Shown here piece by piece: positions 28,201 through 35,893 of a stretch of DNA of 64,000 bases (positions are counted from its first letter, which is position 1; every line of letters starts with the position of its first letter). The DNA is from Steroidobacteraceae bacterium. GTDB lineage: Bacteria > Pseudomonadota > Gammaproteobacteria > Steroidobacterales > Steroidobacteraceae. The notes beneath the pieces were generated by a model that saw only the letters and a program-made list of their open reading frames with translations, was not told the DNA's origin and ran no database searches. The translations under genes were made by a program, and so were the position numbers. The stretch spans positions 2,282 to 66,281 of the forward strand of contig JBILMJ010000010.1 in NCBI GenBank assembly GCA_044375575.1, read 5' to 3'.

Positions 28201-28626
28201 ACTCAAGCCCGTGGCGACGACCGATCCGTCGTCGTTGACAGGGAATACTTGGACGAACTGTCCCGATGAGTCGACGACGTATCGATCGTTGTTGACTCGG
28301 AACGAGCCGTTTCGGGTGAACACCGTCTGGTTCGACGTCAGGTTGGGCTTCAGCACGAAAAAGCCCTGGCCCTGAATGGCCATGTCGAGCGAGTTCTGCG
28401 AGAACGCGACGTTACCTTGCGAGAACTCCTGGTCCACGCCCTTGAGCAACACGCCCTGACCGATCGAGCCCTTGGCGTTCTGGAGCGGCGACGTCGCGAA
28501 GATGTCGCCGAACTCCGCACGGGCTTTCTTGAAGCCGATCGTGCCGACGTTGGCGATGTTGTTACTGACGATTCCGAGCTCCGCCTTGGCAGCGTTCAGA
28601 CCAGTGAGTGAAGTATAGAAAGACAT
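25273..28626 (-). CDS. flgE: Flagellar hook protein FlgE, giant form (1117 aa)
   Basis: The N-terminus is MSFYTSLTGLNAAKAELGIVSNNIANVGTIGFKKARAEF. The C-terminus is GALERANVDLTEELVNLITAQRNFQANAKAIETATNLTSTIVNIRG. An insertion of about 650-700 aa lies between the conserved D0/D1 segments. Confidence 0.93.
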   Translation of the reverse strand: MSFYTSLTGLNAAKAELGIVSNNIANVGTIGFKKARAEFGDIFATSPLQNAKGSIGQGVLLKGVDQEFSQGNVAFSQNSLDMAIQGQGFFVLKPNLTSNQTVFTRNGSFRVNNDRYVVDSSGQFVQVFPVNDDGSVVATGLSSARSLQLPSTAGLPRASSKIDLGVNLPADAEIIPQQEQFKSGGAVYRFDRNDPNTFNRSTSITVFDSLGNPSIATIYYVKVSNATIEDPTNKWQTYIYVGDREIEPALLNAKTDKGETLYLDKFGQQTTDPTKFDPTFNAGSPHPLYFLNDQTNEVDSTPAKLTGGFIDRASGFDFGSTDSNKIRIGFSEVSTTASGTWTNAISTSGAGTPAQEYSITLTKGSGASAVTRTLTFHSQTANAASGKTLRAEDIDTLLSGATNIASVGASGAAAPSETAAAALAALGLGYTGKALDGSLTFYDIEGDETFRIAVTNSMKSQAGGFTGADFSSATAITVGSNVEKQRGVNNRNFVKISVDDSDPIVVSLPDKLRGQALTGTELAAEMTKAINNAYGDDRYTSINSVANSDFRLFAEIDLDNLPSDSPLRTAYADTRAGQNGALVGTGKTRANALESGIKMRLPSLETYSPNAPNAANDLVAAVQREVDSHIGSGVIKVGYDPRARSFTFKPYDNSFKIQGLKVLGSLDTDGSTPRANDVLGFPATGDFTAVGAGTTQGTLSTGELRPNGNDILNEDQRRYGIRVDYLKDQRKFVFSSGTTGEKSLIRISLSDNDRASNVLGISDEFSAEITSSAGTGLSSKPAVTTGSKAGIDITGTFSVTPNDNIVNVTVDGIDGSIRIPPGAYTGTTFAQALEDRINAIAGPNGKAVSGVQVEYDLDNSRFVFTSGTTSEESFININGHPNFGLSSTSQIRGSVPKVTVLVQAKDTDGNLLYIDKDGKETTKKPENLPNYAPIYLTKGQLTFDTAGKLVSPKEGARYTPFDPQNGADLIVLNVDYGKFSTQFSQPFSVLSLTQDGFTSGRLDGISIDSAGTVRANYTNGQQEALGKLILANFASPNGLKQIGNANYVATSNSGDAVVGVAGSDGYGTIQGGALERANVDLTEELVNLITAQRNFQANAKAIETATNLTSTIVNIRG

Positions 28627-28663
28627 ATCTGCTTTTCTCCGAAGGGGATGAGTCGTGCTCGAC

Positions 28664-29353
28664 TCAACGCATCGTGGTGACTTGAGAAAGAGGAAGCTGC
28701 GCGCCGTTCTGCAGGTTCAGGACGACGTCCTGACCATTCATCGACACGCTGTTGACGGGGATGTACAGCAAGGCTTTCGCAGCCTCGACTTTGCCGGCGC
28801 GGCGCACCGCGACATCGACCTGATAGCGACCCGGGAGTGCGTTCGCACCGCCCTGCAAGGCGCCATCCCATGAGAAAGGGTAATCGCCCGCTCCTGCCGG
28901 TCCGAGTTCGAAGGTTTCCATGATCTGTCCCACCGCATTGCGGATGGTGACGACCGCACCATCGACAGGCTCGGTGAGTCGAACGGCGCCGTCGAGCGAC
29001 TGACCATCGCGCAACTCGCCATAATTTCCGGCAGACAGCACGGATCGCCCGATCAAAGAACCGCTCGAGAGCATCCGGTTGGCACTCATCTGATCGGAGA
29101 GACCCTTCAATTGCGCGGCCATCTCGCCGATCGAATTGACAGTCGAGAACTGGGCCATCTGCCCGAGGAACTCGCCATTCTCCATCGGAGCGAGCGGATC
29201 CTGGTTCTTGAGCTGGGCCGTCATGAGTTTCAAAAACTCTGTTTGGCCGAGTGAAGTCGAGCGTTGCACTTCCTTCTGCTTTTCGGCCTCGTAGCTCGAG
29301 ACGCCGGGAGGCAGAGGGGTGCGCCCTGAAGTCGGAATGGAGGTGGATGCCAT
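28664..29353 (-). CDS. flgD: Flagellar hook assembly/capping protein FlgD
   Basis: 229 aa. QTEFLKLMTAQLKNQDPLAPMENGEFLGQMAQFSTV is the FlgD signature. The C-terminal part is an FlgD Ig-like region. Confidence 0.92.
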   Translation of the reverse strand: MASTSIPTSGRTPLPPGVSSYEAEKQKEVQRSTSLGQTEFLKLMTAQLKNQDPLAPMENGEFLGQMAQFSTVNSIGEMAAQLKGLSDQMSANRMLSSGSLIGRSVLSAGNYGELRDGQSLDGAVRLTEPVDGAVVTIRNAVGQIMETFELGPAGAGDYPFSWDGALQGGANALPGRYQVDVAVRRAGKVEAAKALLYIPVNSVSMNGQDVVLNLQNGAQLPLSQVTTMR

Positions 29354-29364
29354 TTAAGTCACGC

Positions 29365-29784
29365 TCACTTGGTGTTCATGTCGATCGTGCGGATCATCAG
29401 CTCGCGGGCCGTGCTGGCCGTCGTCAGCGCAGTCTCGTAAGAGCGCGCGGCATCGAGCATGTCCGTCATTTCTTCGAGCGGATTCACGTTCGAGCGGAAG
29501 ACATAGCCTTCTGCATTCGCGAGTGGATTTTCAGGATCGAAGTACTGTTGGTTGACGGCCCGAGTCTCGGTGATTCCCTTGACCTTCACGCCGTAAGCAC
29601 TTTGAAGCTCGTCAGACGCTTGCTCGAGGACCATGGCGAAAACCGGACGCTTGGCGCGATACGCGCTGTTTTCCGATCCGGCGACGGTCTCGACGTTGGC
29701 GAGGTTGGACGCAATGGTGTTCAACCGAACGGTTTGAGCGTTCAGTGCACCGCCAGCGAGCTTGAGTATGTTCGAAAGTGACAC
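29365..29784 (-). CDS. flgC: Flagellar proximal rod protein FlgC
   Basis: 139 aa, GTG start. It has VRLNTIASNLANVETV and the C-terminus VNPLEEMTDMLDAARSYETALTTAS. Confidence 0.92.
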   Translation of the reverse strand: MSLSNILKLAGGALNAQTVRLNTIASNLANVETVAGSENSAYRAKRPVFAMVLEQASDELQSAYGVKVKGITETRAVNQQYFDPENPLANAEGYVFRSNVNPLEEMTDMLDAARSYETALTTASTARELMIRTIDMNTK

Positions 29785-29808
29785 GATCGTTCTCCGTTAA
29801 GACGACGC

Positions 29809-30195
29809 TTAATCGCCCCGATACGCCTTGCGCATTCCTGAAAGCGCACCTTCCGCGAAGCGCAACGCGGCCAGGTAGCGCCCAGCAGCATCACCATAGG
29901 CAGCTTCTTCAATGTGAGTCTCCACTGTGTTTCCGTCCCTCGCGGGCGCCAGAGGCACTCGGTACTGCAGCGCATCGCGCGTCAGTTGATCGGGCGTCTC
30001 GATGTGCTTCATGTGCGTCGCAGAGAGACGAAAGTCGTCGCTCGCAGCACGCAACGCTGCGCGAAAATCGACATCACGCGCGCGATACTGCGGAGTGCTC
30101 GCATTGGCGATGTTCCCGGCGATGACTTCGAGTCGCTTCGCCTGGACGGCAGCAGCGGTAGGAAATACACCGAGTACACGATCGAGTGATGACAT
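29809..30195 (-). CDS. flgB: Flagellar proximal rod protein FlgB
   Basis: The track ORF extends to 30288. I prefer the ATG at 30195 (MSSLDRVLGVFPTAAAVQAKRLEVIAGNIANASTPQYRARDVDF), which has GGAG 9 nt upstream and lies about 50 nt downstream of a perfect sigma-54 promoter that would otherwise fall inside the ORF. Confidence 0.88.
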   Translation of the reverse strand: MSSLDRVLGVFPTAAAVQAKRLEVIAGNIANASTPQYRARDVDFRAALRAASDDFRLSATHMKHIETPDQLTRDALQYRVPLAPARDGNTVETHIEEAAYGDAAGRYLAALRFAEGALSGMRKAYRGD

Positions 30196-30244
30196 GCCGA
30201 ACAACTCCGAAAAACGCGCTGAATGGTTTTCGCGAGAGTTGTTC

Positions 30245-30260
30245 AGCAAATCTTGTGCCA
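30245..30260 (-). promoter_or_regulatory. Sigma-54 (-24/-12) promoter for the flgB operon
   Basis: The reverse complement of 30245-30260 is TGGCACAAGATTTGCT, matching TGGCAC-N5-TTGC(A/T) exactly. The -12 GC lies about 50 nt upstream of the flgB ATG at 30195. Confidence 0.75.
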
Positions 30261-30343
30261 CTCGATTCGAGGCCCGAATCGCGTGCATTGCGGCAAGGTT
30301 CGTTCGATAACCGGCAAAGAATGAGAGATCGTGACGACGCCTC

Positions 30344-30361
30344 CCGGCAATTGCTTGCCGG
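30344..30361. repeat. Inverted repeat CCGGCAA-ttgc-TTGCCGG in the flgB/fliC divergent control region
   Basis: A perfect 7-bp inverted repeat with a 4-nt spacer. CCGGCAA also occurs at 30311-30317 and cTGCCGG at 30384-30390. A separate 9-mer, AAATCCGAT, occurs twice (30368-30376 and 30407-30415). These are candidate enhancer-binding-protein sites. Confidence 0.35.
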
Positions 30362-30551
30362 TGAGAAAAATCCGATCAACAAGCTGCCGGTCTTCGCGTT
30401 TCGCGCAAATCCGATACGAAAGACACCTTAGATAAGGGACGGGGCTCTTTTACTGCAGGCTTTTTTTAACGCTCATTTAGCAAGGGCCTGAATGGCCCGG
30501 CGATTGCATAGTCGATCCACGAAAAGGTCGAGGCCAGCCACGGAAAATCGT

Positions 30552-30567
30552 TGGCACGACTATTGCT
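30552..30567 (+). promoter_or_regulatory. Sigma-54 (-24/-12) promoter for the flagellin gene
   Basis: TGGCACGACTATTGCT at 30552-30567 matches TGGCAC-N5-TTGC(A/T) exactly. The -12 element lies about 54 nt upstream of the fliC ATG (30620). Confidence 0.75.
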
Positions 30568-30619
30568 TGCACGTAAAGGCCAGCCTGTAGCTGGCGAGAT
30601 TTCGACGGAGAACCACGTA

Positions 30620-32248
30620 ATGGCTCTTGTAATTAACACAAATATTGCCTCAATCCAGTCCGAGCGCGCCTTGGCTACGAATCGCGGCAGCATGGAACAG
30701 GCGATGCAACGCCTCTCCTCTGGTAAGCGAATCAACAGCGCGATCGACGACGCCGCCGGAATCGCCGTTACGCAGCGCATGCGTAACCAGATCCAGGGCC
30801 TCAACATGGCGATCCGCAATGCCGGTGACGGCATTTCGATGGCGCAGACGGCCGAAGGCGCGATAGACGAAATCCAGAACATGTTGCACCGCATGCGAGA
30901 GCTCGCGGTGCAGTCGTCTAACGGCACTTATACCTCTGAAGACCGCAGCTTCCTGAGCGTCGAGTTCAACGAACTCGTGAAGGAAATCCGTCGAGTCTCG
31001 AACCAGGCTGCCTGGGACGGCGATCTCAAGTTGATCAGCGAAGATGCCAAGGCCATGAACGTACAGGTCGGTATCTCGGCCGCCGATTACATCAAGATCC
31101 CCCTCGGCCCGCTCACCATCGAAGATCTGAATCTCGCCGAGCGCACGACGGTGAACAACACTACGGGCGTTCAAATCAACACTTGGGACTTGAAGGAAGC
31201 GACTTCAGGCGTCACGACAGCAGGCGTATCGGGCACCCGAGTACTCGACAAAAATCAACAGGTCATCGATGTCAATTTCACGGATGTTCCGCTTCCCAAC
31301 TTCGAGTTGAAGCTCTGGAACGGCACGAGACAGGCAGACGGAACGCCCAACCCGGATGGTATCTCCACGCTCACGGCCGCAGGCGTGACAAGCGTTTCGG
31401 ACCTCGTCAAGCAGCTCAAGGGGCATGTCGATTACAACCCCACCACCGTCGATATCCAGAATGTCGGTGGGCAGCTGAAAGTCGTCTGGAAGATTCTCGG
31501 CAGTCCGATGCCGGCTGGAACGCCGTCTCTGACATCGACGAACACCGGAACGACGACATCTGCAGACAACAAGACTCAGAGCTTTACCGCGGCGAGTGCA
31601 GCGGCTGCCAGCGTCGTTGACCTGGCGGGAACCCAGACGGACTATCGCCCTCAATCGTTCGATCTCAGTGGATTTGCCTGGTTCAAGGACTCCGTCCCAA
31701 CCAGCAAGCCTAACTTCTTCGAACTTCGCGTCGGTAACCGAATGCTCTCGGCACATAACGCCACGAGCATCCAAGATCTTCGCAAGCAATTGAAGGAAGA
31801 CAGCGACTACGAATTCATCCGTACGGAAGCGGGCCTGCCGGAAGGCTATGAAATGTTCGATGTCGCGAGCGGCACGACGCTCACGGTGAAGTTTGGCCAG
31901 AACGCCCAAAACCTCGGGTTCCTGCGCTACTCCGAGAGCAACGTGAACATCGCGAACACGAAAGATGCGATCACGGCGCTCGACTTCATCGACAAAGCTC
32001 AGGTCACCGTCAACACGATGCGCGCCGAGATGGGCGCGACGATGAGCCGCATCGAGTACACCATCAACAACCTGATGAACATCGTCGAGAATACCGAGGA
32101 AGCGAAATCTCGAATTCTCGATACCGACTACGCCAAAGAGTCCGCGAACCTCGCCAAGGCGCAGGTGTTGGCTCAGGCCGGGACGGCGATGCTCGCGCAG
32201 GCGAACCAGTCTCAGCAGTACGTCCTAAACCTGCTGCGGCAGGGTTAA
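30620..32248 (+). CDS. fliC: Flagellin
   Basis: Start set to the ATG at 30620 (MALVINTNIASIQSERALATNRGSMEQAMQRLSSGKRINSAIDDAAGIAVTQRM), with GGAG upstream. The C-terminus is ILDTDYAKESANLAKAQVLAQAGTAMLAQANQSQQYVLNLLRQG. The central domain of about 260 aa is Ser/Thr-rich. Confidence 0.95.
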   Translation: MALVINTNIASIQSERALATNRGSMEQAMQRLSSGKRINSAIDDAAGIAVTQRMRNQIQGLNMAIRNAGDGISMAQTAEGAIDEIQNMLHRMRELAVQSSNGTYTSEDRSFLSVEFNELVKEIRRVSNQAAWDGDLKLISEDAKAMNVQVGISAADYIKIPLGPLTIEDLNLAERTTVNNTTGVQINTWDLKEATSGVTTAGVSGTRVLDKNQQVIDVNFTDVPLPNFELKLWNGTRQADGTPNPDGISTLTAAGVTSVSDLVKQLKGHVDYNPTTVDIQNVGGQLKVVWKILGSPMPAGTPSLTSTNTGTTTSADNKTQSFTAASAAAASVVDLAGTQTDYRPQSFDLSGFAWFKDSVPTSKPNFFELRVGNRMLSAHNATSIQDLRKQLKEDSDYEFIRTEAGLPEGYEMFDVASGTTLTVKFGQNAQNLGFLRYSESNVNIANTKDAITALDFIDKAQVTVNTMRAEMGATMSRIEYTINNLMNIVENTEEAKSRILDTDYAKESANLAKAQVLAQAGTAMLAQANQSQQYVLNLLRQG

Positions 32249-32266
32249 GTCGGCGGCAACACCCCA

Positions 32267-33061
32267 GTGATGCGGCCGCTCGTCAAGCTCTCTGCCATCG
32301 CCGCGCTTTCGGTTCTGCCGATCGCGTCCGTCATGGCGAGCGAGACGACGAGTCGCGCGCCCGCGAAATCGTTGGCGGAGGCGGCCGAATCGTTCGCCGA
32401 AGAAGTGCTCGGCCTGCCCTCGGGCAGCGCCCGAGCTCAGTCGATCGATCGACGTATTCTGCTTGGCGACTGCACCTCGGGCTGGGCCTGGGGATTCGCC
32501 TTCGGCAGTCGTCAATCGGTGCAGGTGGTCTGCCCCGGCGATCCGCGTTCGCGTCGCTTGGTTGCACTGTCTTTCGCCGAAGCATCAGAACCCAAAGAAG
32601 TCGCTGGGCGAGAGCCAGCGGCCATGATCGTCGCCACACGCGACCTGCCCTTCGGGCATCGTCTGACGAGTGGCGATATCCGCGAGCAACCGCTGGGTGC
32701 GGGAGTTCGTCCGTCAGTCACCCTCTCATCGTCGGAACAGGTTGTGGGTCAAACCCTGACCCGGGCGGTACGCCAGGGAGATCCGCTCGGTCGAGCCGAT
32801 CTGCGCGCGGCGGTCGTCATCAAAAGAAATAGCATCATCATGGGATGGTCCGATTTTTCGGGTGGGCGCGTCTCGGCAAAACTGCTCGCCCTCGAGAACG
32901 GCAAGATCGGCGAATGGATCGATCTCGAAAATCCGCAGAGTGGTCGCCGCCTACGCGGCGAGGTCCAAACGGACGGCTCGGTCCGACTGGGTTCACCAGG
33001 GGCATCGACCTCTACAATGGCGTCCGACGCAGCTAAAGTCTCTTTGGCACGTGTCGACTAA
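32267..33061 (+). CDS. flgA: Flagellar P-ring assembly chaperone FlgA
   Basis: 264 aa, GTG at 32267 with an ATG at 32270. It has a signal peptide. A SAF-like block is present (IVATRDLPFGHRLTSGDI). The C-terminal block is ALENGKIGEWIDLENPQSGRRLRGEVQTDGSVRL. Confidence 0.8.
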   Translation: MMRPLVKLSAIAALSVLPIASVMASETTSRAPAKSLAEAAESFAEEVLGLPSGSARAQSIDRRILLGDCTSGWAWGFAFGSRQSVQVVCPGDPRSRRLVALSFAEASEPKEVAGREPAAMIVATRDLPFGHRLTSGDIREQPLGAGVRPSVTLSSSEQVVGQTLTRAVRQGDPLGRADLRAAVVIKRNSIIMGWSDFSGGRVSAKLLALENGKIGEWIDLENPQSGRRLRGEVQTDGSVRLGSPGASTSTMASDAAKVSLARVD

Positions 33062-33088
33062 GTGGACACCAGTAGTGGGTAAATCCTC

Positions 33089-33421
33089 ATGAGCATAGAC
33101 AAACTTTCATCAAACGCAGCGATCACCTCGGCTCCGGAGCGCTCGCCGCGTTCCGCCGTCATCAACGGTGAGCAAAAGGCGGCCTCCTCCAAGGCGGCAG
33201 CCGCTCAAATACCGGTCTCGACGGCCGACGTCGTCCGGATCTCCGTCACCGCCAAGGGCATGCTGCAGGCCGTAAAGAGCTCAGCCGACGACGAGGAATT
33301 TGATCAGGCGCGCGTCGACTCCATTCGCCGCGAAATCGCCGAAGGGCGTTTTCCGATCGATCAGGACCGCCTCGCCCAGAAATTCCGCGAGCTGGAAGAG
33401 CAACTCGGAGATTTCGGCTAA
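33089..33421 (+). CDS. flgM: Anti-sigma-28 factor FlgM
   Basis: 110 aa. The N-terminus looks disordered. The C-terminus is DDEEFDQARVDSIRREIAEGRFPIDQDRLAQKF, which is the FlgM pattern. Confidence 0.85.
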   Translation: MSIDKLSSNAAITSAPERSPRSAVINGEQKAASSKAAAAQIPVSTADVVRISVTAKGMLQAVKSSADDEEFDQARVDSIRREIAEGRFPIDQDRLAQKFRELEEQLGDFG

Positions 33422-33424
33422 GCC

Positions 33425-33850
33425 ATGAAACCCCGTGCACCCGAGGGTCTCGAAGAACTCGAAACTCTTTGTCAAACGATCTGCTACATCCTCGAACGCG
33501 AGAACGCGATCCTGCGCAGCAGAAACGGGCTGATCGGGGAAGGCATCGAAGAACTCGAGGCGATCCAGTCCGAGAAAGATGCCAAGATCAATTTGCTCGA
33601 GCGCTTGAGCCGCGACGAGACGAGCATCGACGAAACTCGACGCGATCCCGAGAAGGCCGAAAGAGTGCGCGCGGCCATCAACCGTTGCAAAGACCTGCAA
33701 TCGAGAAACCATCAGGTTTTCTCACGGGTCGTGACAGCTCAAAGAAAGATCGTGTCGCTGCTTCGACAGCCCGAAGAAGATCTGCACCTCTATGATCGGG
33801 GCGGACGCGGGCGTGATTTCGGATTGTCGCGTCGAGCCGAACTCGCCTGA
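33425..33850 (+). CDS. flgN: FlgN-like flagellar export chaperone
   Basis: 141 aa, with helical, heptad-like sequence. It lies immediately after flgM. The call rests on position and composition rather than a strong motif. Confidence 0.55.
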   Translation: MKPRAPEGLEELETLCQTICYILERENAILRSRNGLIGEGIEELEAIQSEKDAKINLLERLSRDETSIDETRRDPEKAERVRAAINRCKDLQSRNHQVFSRVVTAQRKIVSLLRQPEEDLHLYDRGGRGRDFGLSRRAELA

Positions 33851-33855
33851 CGATT

Positions 33856-34143
33856 TCACTCGGGCCGGGAATTGCCCTCTGTCGGCTCCCGCCCTTCCAT
33901 CCAATACACCCACGACAAGACGACGGCCACGGCTCGATAGACATCGGGCGGAATGACCGTATCGAGCGGCAGCTCGGAAAGTCTCGCGGCCAACACGGCA
34001 TCGCGCATCACCGGAACGCCCTGCCGACGTGCTTCGGCCACGATTTCCTGAGCCATACGCTCGCGACCCGTCGCCACGATGAGTGGTACCGGGTTACTGC
34101 CATACTCGAGCGCGACGGCCCGATCTTCGCGTGAGGTCTTCAT
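33856..34143 (-). CDS. Small FlhB C-terminal-domain-like protein (EscU/YscU/FlhB family paralogue)
   Basis: 95 aa. AVALEYGSNPVPLIVATGRERMAQEIVAEARRQGVPVMRDAVLAARL resembles the FlhB cytoplasmic domain around its NPTH loop (here NPVP) and the following helix. It lies 10 nt downstream of fliK. Confidence 0.6.
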   Translation of the reverse strand: MKTSREDRAVALEYGSNPVPLIVATGRERMAQEIVAEARRQGVPVMRDAVLAARLSELPLDTVIPPDVYRAVAVVLSWVYWMEGREPTEGNSRPE

Positions 34144-34153
34144 TCTCGTGGCC

Positions 34154-35434
34154 TCATACGCGAATCGAGTGGATCTGCCCCGGATCCATGGGCGGAACCG
34201 TATCGTGTTGCGGTTCGATTACCGACCATCGCGCAAGATCGAGTCCCGCATCGCGCAATCGACGAGAGAGTTCGCTTTTCGACTCATCCCATCGCGTCTG
34301 CTGATTGGCAGTGTCCGTGAGCACGGTGATCCCGACCCCCGCCCGCCCGACTTGCTCGATTCGAATGTCGATGTCGCCGAAGGGCAATGAAATACCGACG
34401 AGTCGCATGCGCCACGGCTGATTCGCATTGTCTTGACGCCCGTCTCCACCCGAGTAATCCAGCGGTTTTTGCGGCGGGCTCTGATCGAGGGTGATCCACC
34501 AACCCCCCAATCCGTCGGGCGATGGAAACACGAACGAAAACACGGATCCGCCGCTGCGATTGGCCGCCGTCGCCGCGCTCTGAAGACCCACGAGATCATC
34601 GAGCGCCGACCAGGCCTTGGTCGCCGCGGGCCCCTCACGACGGGTGTCGATGATCTCGAGCAAGCGTCGTTTCAGATCGGCCATCGGCACGGGTCGACGC
34701 TCACGCAACTGCGACTCGAAAAACAGACCCGACTGGGAGAGCGAGGCTGCCAAAGATTGCATCCACGCCCCAAGACCGGCGGCCGATGACGTCGATGGCA
34801 GACCTTGTGCGGCTGACGTCGAGCCGGATGTATTCAGTACACCGTCAGGGCTCAGCAACCAACCGGCCAAGGAACTCGGCAGGTGTAATCGACCCGATAA
34901 CGACCTCACCGGATTCAGCCCAGGTCGCGACGATATCAACCCCATGGCGGGCAATACCGGGGTCTCGAGGACCTTCGCCATCTCATCCGAAGGCGCCACC
35001 TCACCCGTCGCCACCAACGCGGCAGGCGACGGCACGCCACCGACCCGCGCAACGGATGTACCGGCGAGCGGCAACAGGGGTACCAGCGTGAGTGCGCCGC
35101 TCAGATCACGGGCGACCTGCATCGAGAGTCGAGAATATTCAGAAACTCCCGGGATCGGCCGACTGGAGAAAAAGTGATCGCCGATTTTCAGGAGCATTTC
35201 GTCATCCTGAAAGCGGACGCTCGCGGTCAGCACCGACCCGACCTCCCATCGCCCGGAGGCTCCGACCGATTTCGGAACGGCAATGGCGAGTTCGTTCGCA
35301 GCGACCAACTCGGGGTCGCGCGGCAGAGGTAAGGGAGGTGGAAGTCCGACGGGGCTAAGCATCACTTCAGCAGTCGTCGCGCGACTCCTCGGCTTGAGGG
35401 ACGCGAGGAGTATAGTGTGGTCGAGTGGGATCAA
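34154..35434 (-). CDS. fliK: Flagellar hook-length control protein FliK-like
   Basis: It is Pro/Ser/Ala-rich. The C-terminal block LPFGDIDIRIEQVGRAGVGITVLTDTANQQTRWDESKSELSRRLRDAGLDLARWSV follows the FliK C-terminal domain pattern. The track start is TTG. An ATG alternative lies at 35362. Confidence 0.6.
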   Translation of the reverse strand: MIPLDHTILLASLKPRSRATTAEVMLSPVGLPPPLPLPRDPELVAANELAIAVPKSVGASGRWEVGSVLTASVRFQDDEMLLKIGDHFFSSRPIPGVSEYSRLSMQVARDLSGALTLVPLLPLAGTSVARVGGVPSPAALVATGEVAPSDEMAKVLETPVLPAMGLISSRPGLNPVRSLSGRLHLPSSLAGWLLSPDGVLNTSGSTSAAQGLPSTSSAAGLGAWMQSLAASLSQSGLFFESQLRERRPVPMADLKRRLLEIIDTRREGPAATKAWSALDDLVGLQSAATAANRSGGSVFSFVFPSPDGLGGWWITLDQSPPQKPLDYSGGDGRQDNANQPWRMRLVGISLPFGDIDIRIEQVGRAGVGITVLTDTANQQTRWDESKSELSRRLRDAGLDLARWSVIEPQHDTVPPMDPGQIHSIRV

Positions 35435-35446
35435 AGAGAAGCTTTC

Positions 35447-35893
35447 ATGAGGTTCAAGACAACCGTCGGTCCGGTCGCCTTACTGTTTTTGGCATGTTTT
35501 CTGGCCTCGCCCACCACGTGGGCTGCCGATCCGGCAGACAAGGCGCGACGGCCCCCACCGAAACCTGACGTTCGATCGCGCGCCATCCCAGAACTTGTGT
35601 GCACGAGTGATCGGACCATCACGGTGTCGAACACCACGCTCGAGACCCAAAGCGAGGAGGCACCCCTCCGGCTGCGCATCTCGGGCAATCTTCTCTACCT
35701 CGGCGCCGATGCCGTGAACGAACGTTTCTTTGCCATCATCAATCGTGTGGATCGACGCCGCTGGTCCTCGGGCACCGCCACCTTGGTGCTCGATGAGGCC
35801 CTCGGACAAGGCGTCTGGACCAACCTCACTCTCGACACCACACGGATCAGCACGGTCCGCTGCGAGCCCTTCGACCCACCGCCGCGATCATGA
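35447..35893 (+). CDS. Secreted hypothetical protein
   Basis: The ATG at 35447 gives MRFKTTVGPVALLFLACFLASPTTWAADP (signal peptide). There is an ATGA overlap with the next gene. No family was recognised. Confidence 0.45.
   Translation: MRFKTTVGPVALLFLACFLASPTTWAADPADKARRPPPKPDVRSRAIPELVCTSDRTITVSNTTLETQSEEAPLRLRISGNLLYLGADAVNERFFAIINRVDRRRWSSGTATLVLDEALGQGVWTNLTLDTTRISTVRCEPFDPPPRS

Noticed and set aside
30344-30361. Inverted repeat CCGGCAA-ttgc-TTGCCGG considered as a terminator or as a third sigma-54 promoter
   Set aside because: No T-run follows it on either strand. Read as a sigma-54 site, its reverse complement has GG-N9-GC spacing rather than GG-N10-GC. I kept it only as a possible protein-binding site.
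30574-30600. Possible sigma-28 promoter TAAAGGCC-N11-GGCGAGAT upstream of fliC
   Set aside because: The -35 half matches TAAAG, but the -10 half matches GCCGATAA at only 5 of 8 positions. The implied start site would fall on or after the GGAG ribosome-binding site (30606-30609). The perfect sigma-54 element just upstream is the better explanation.
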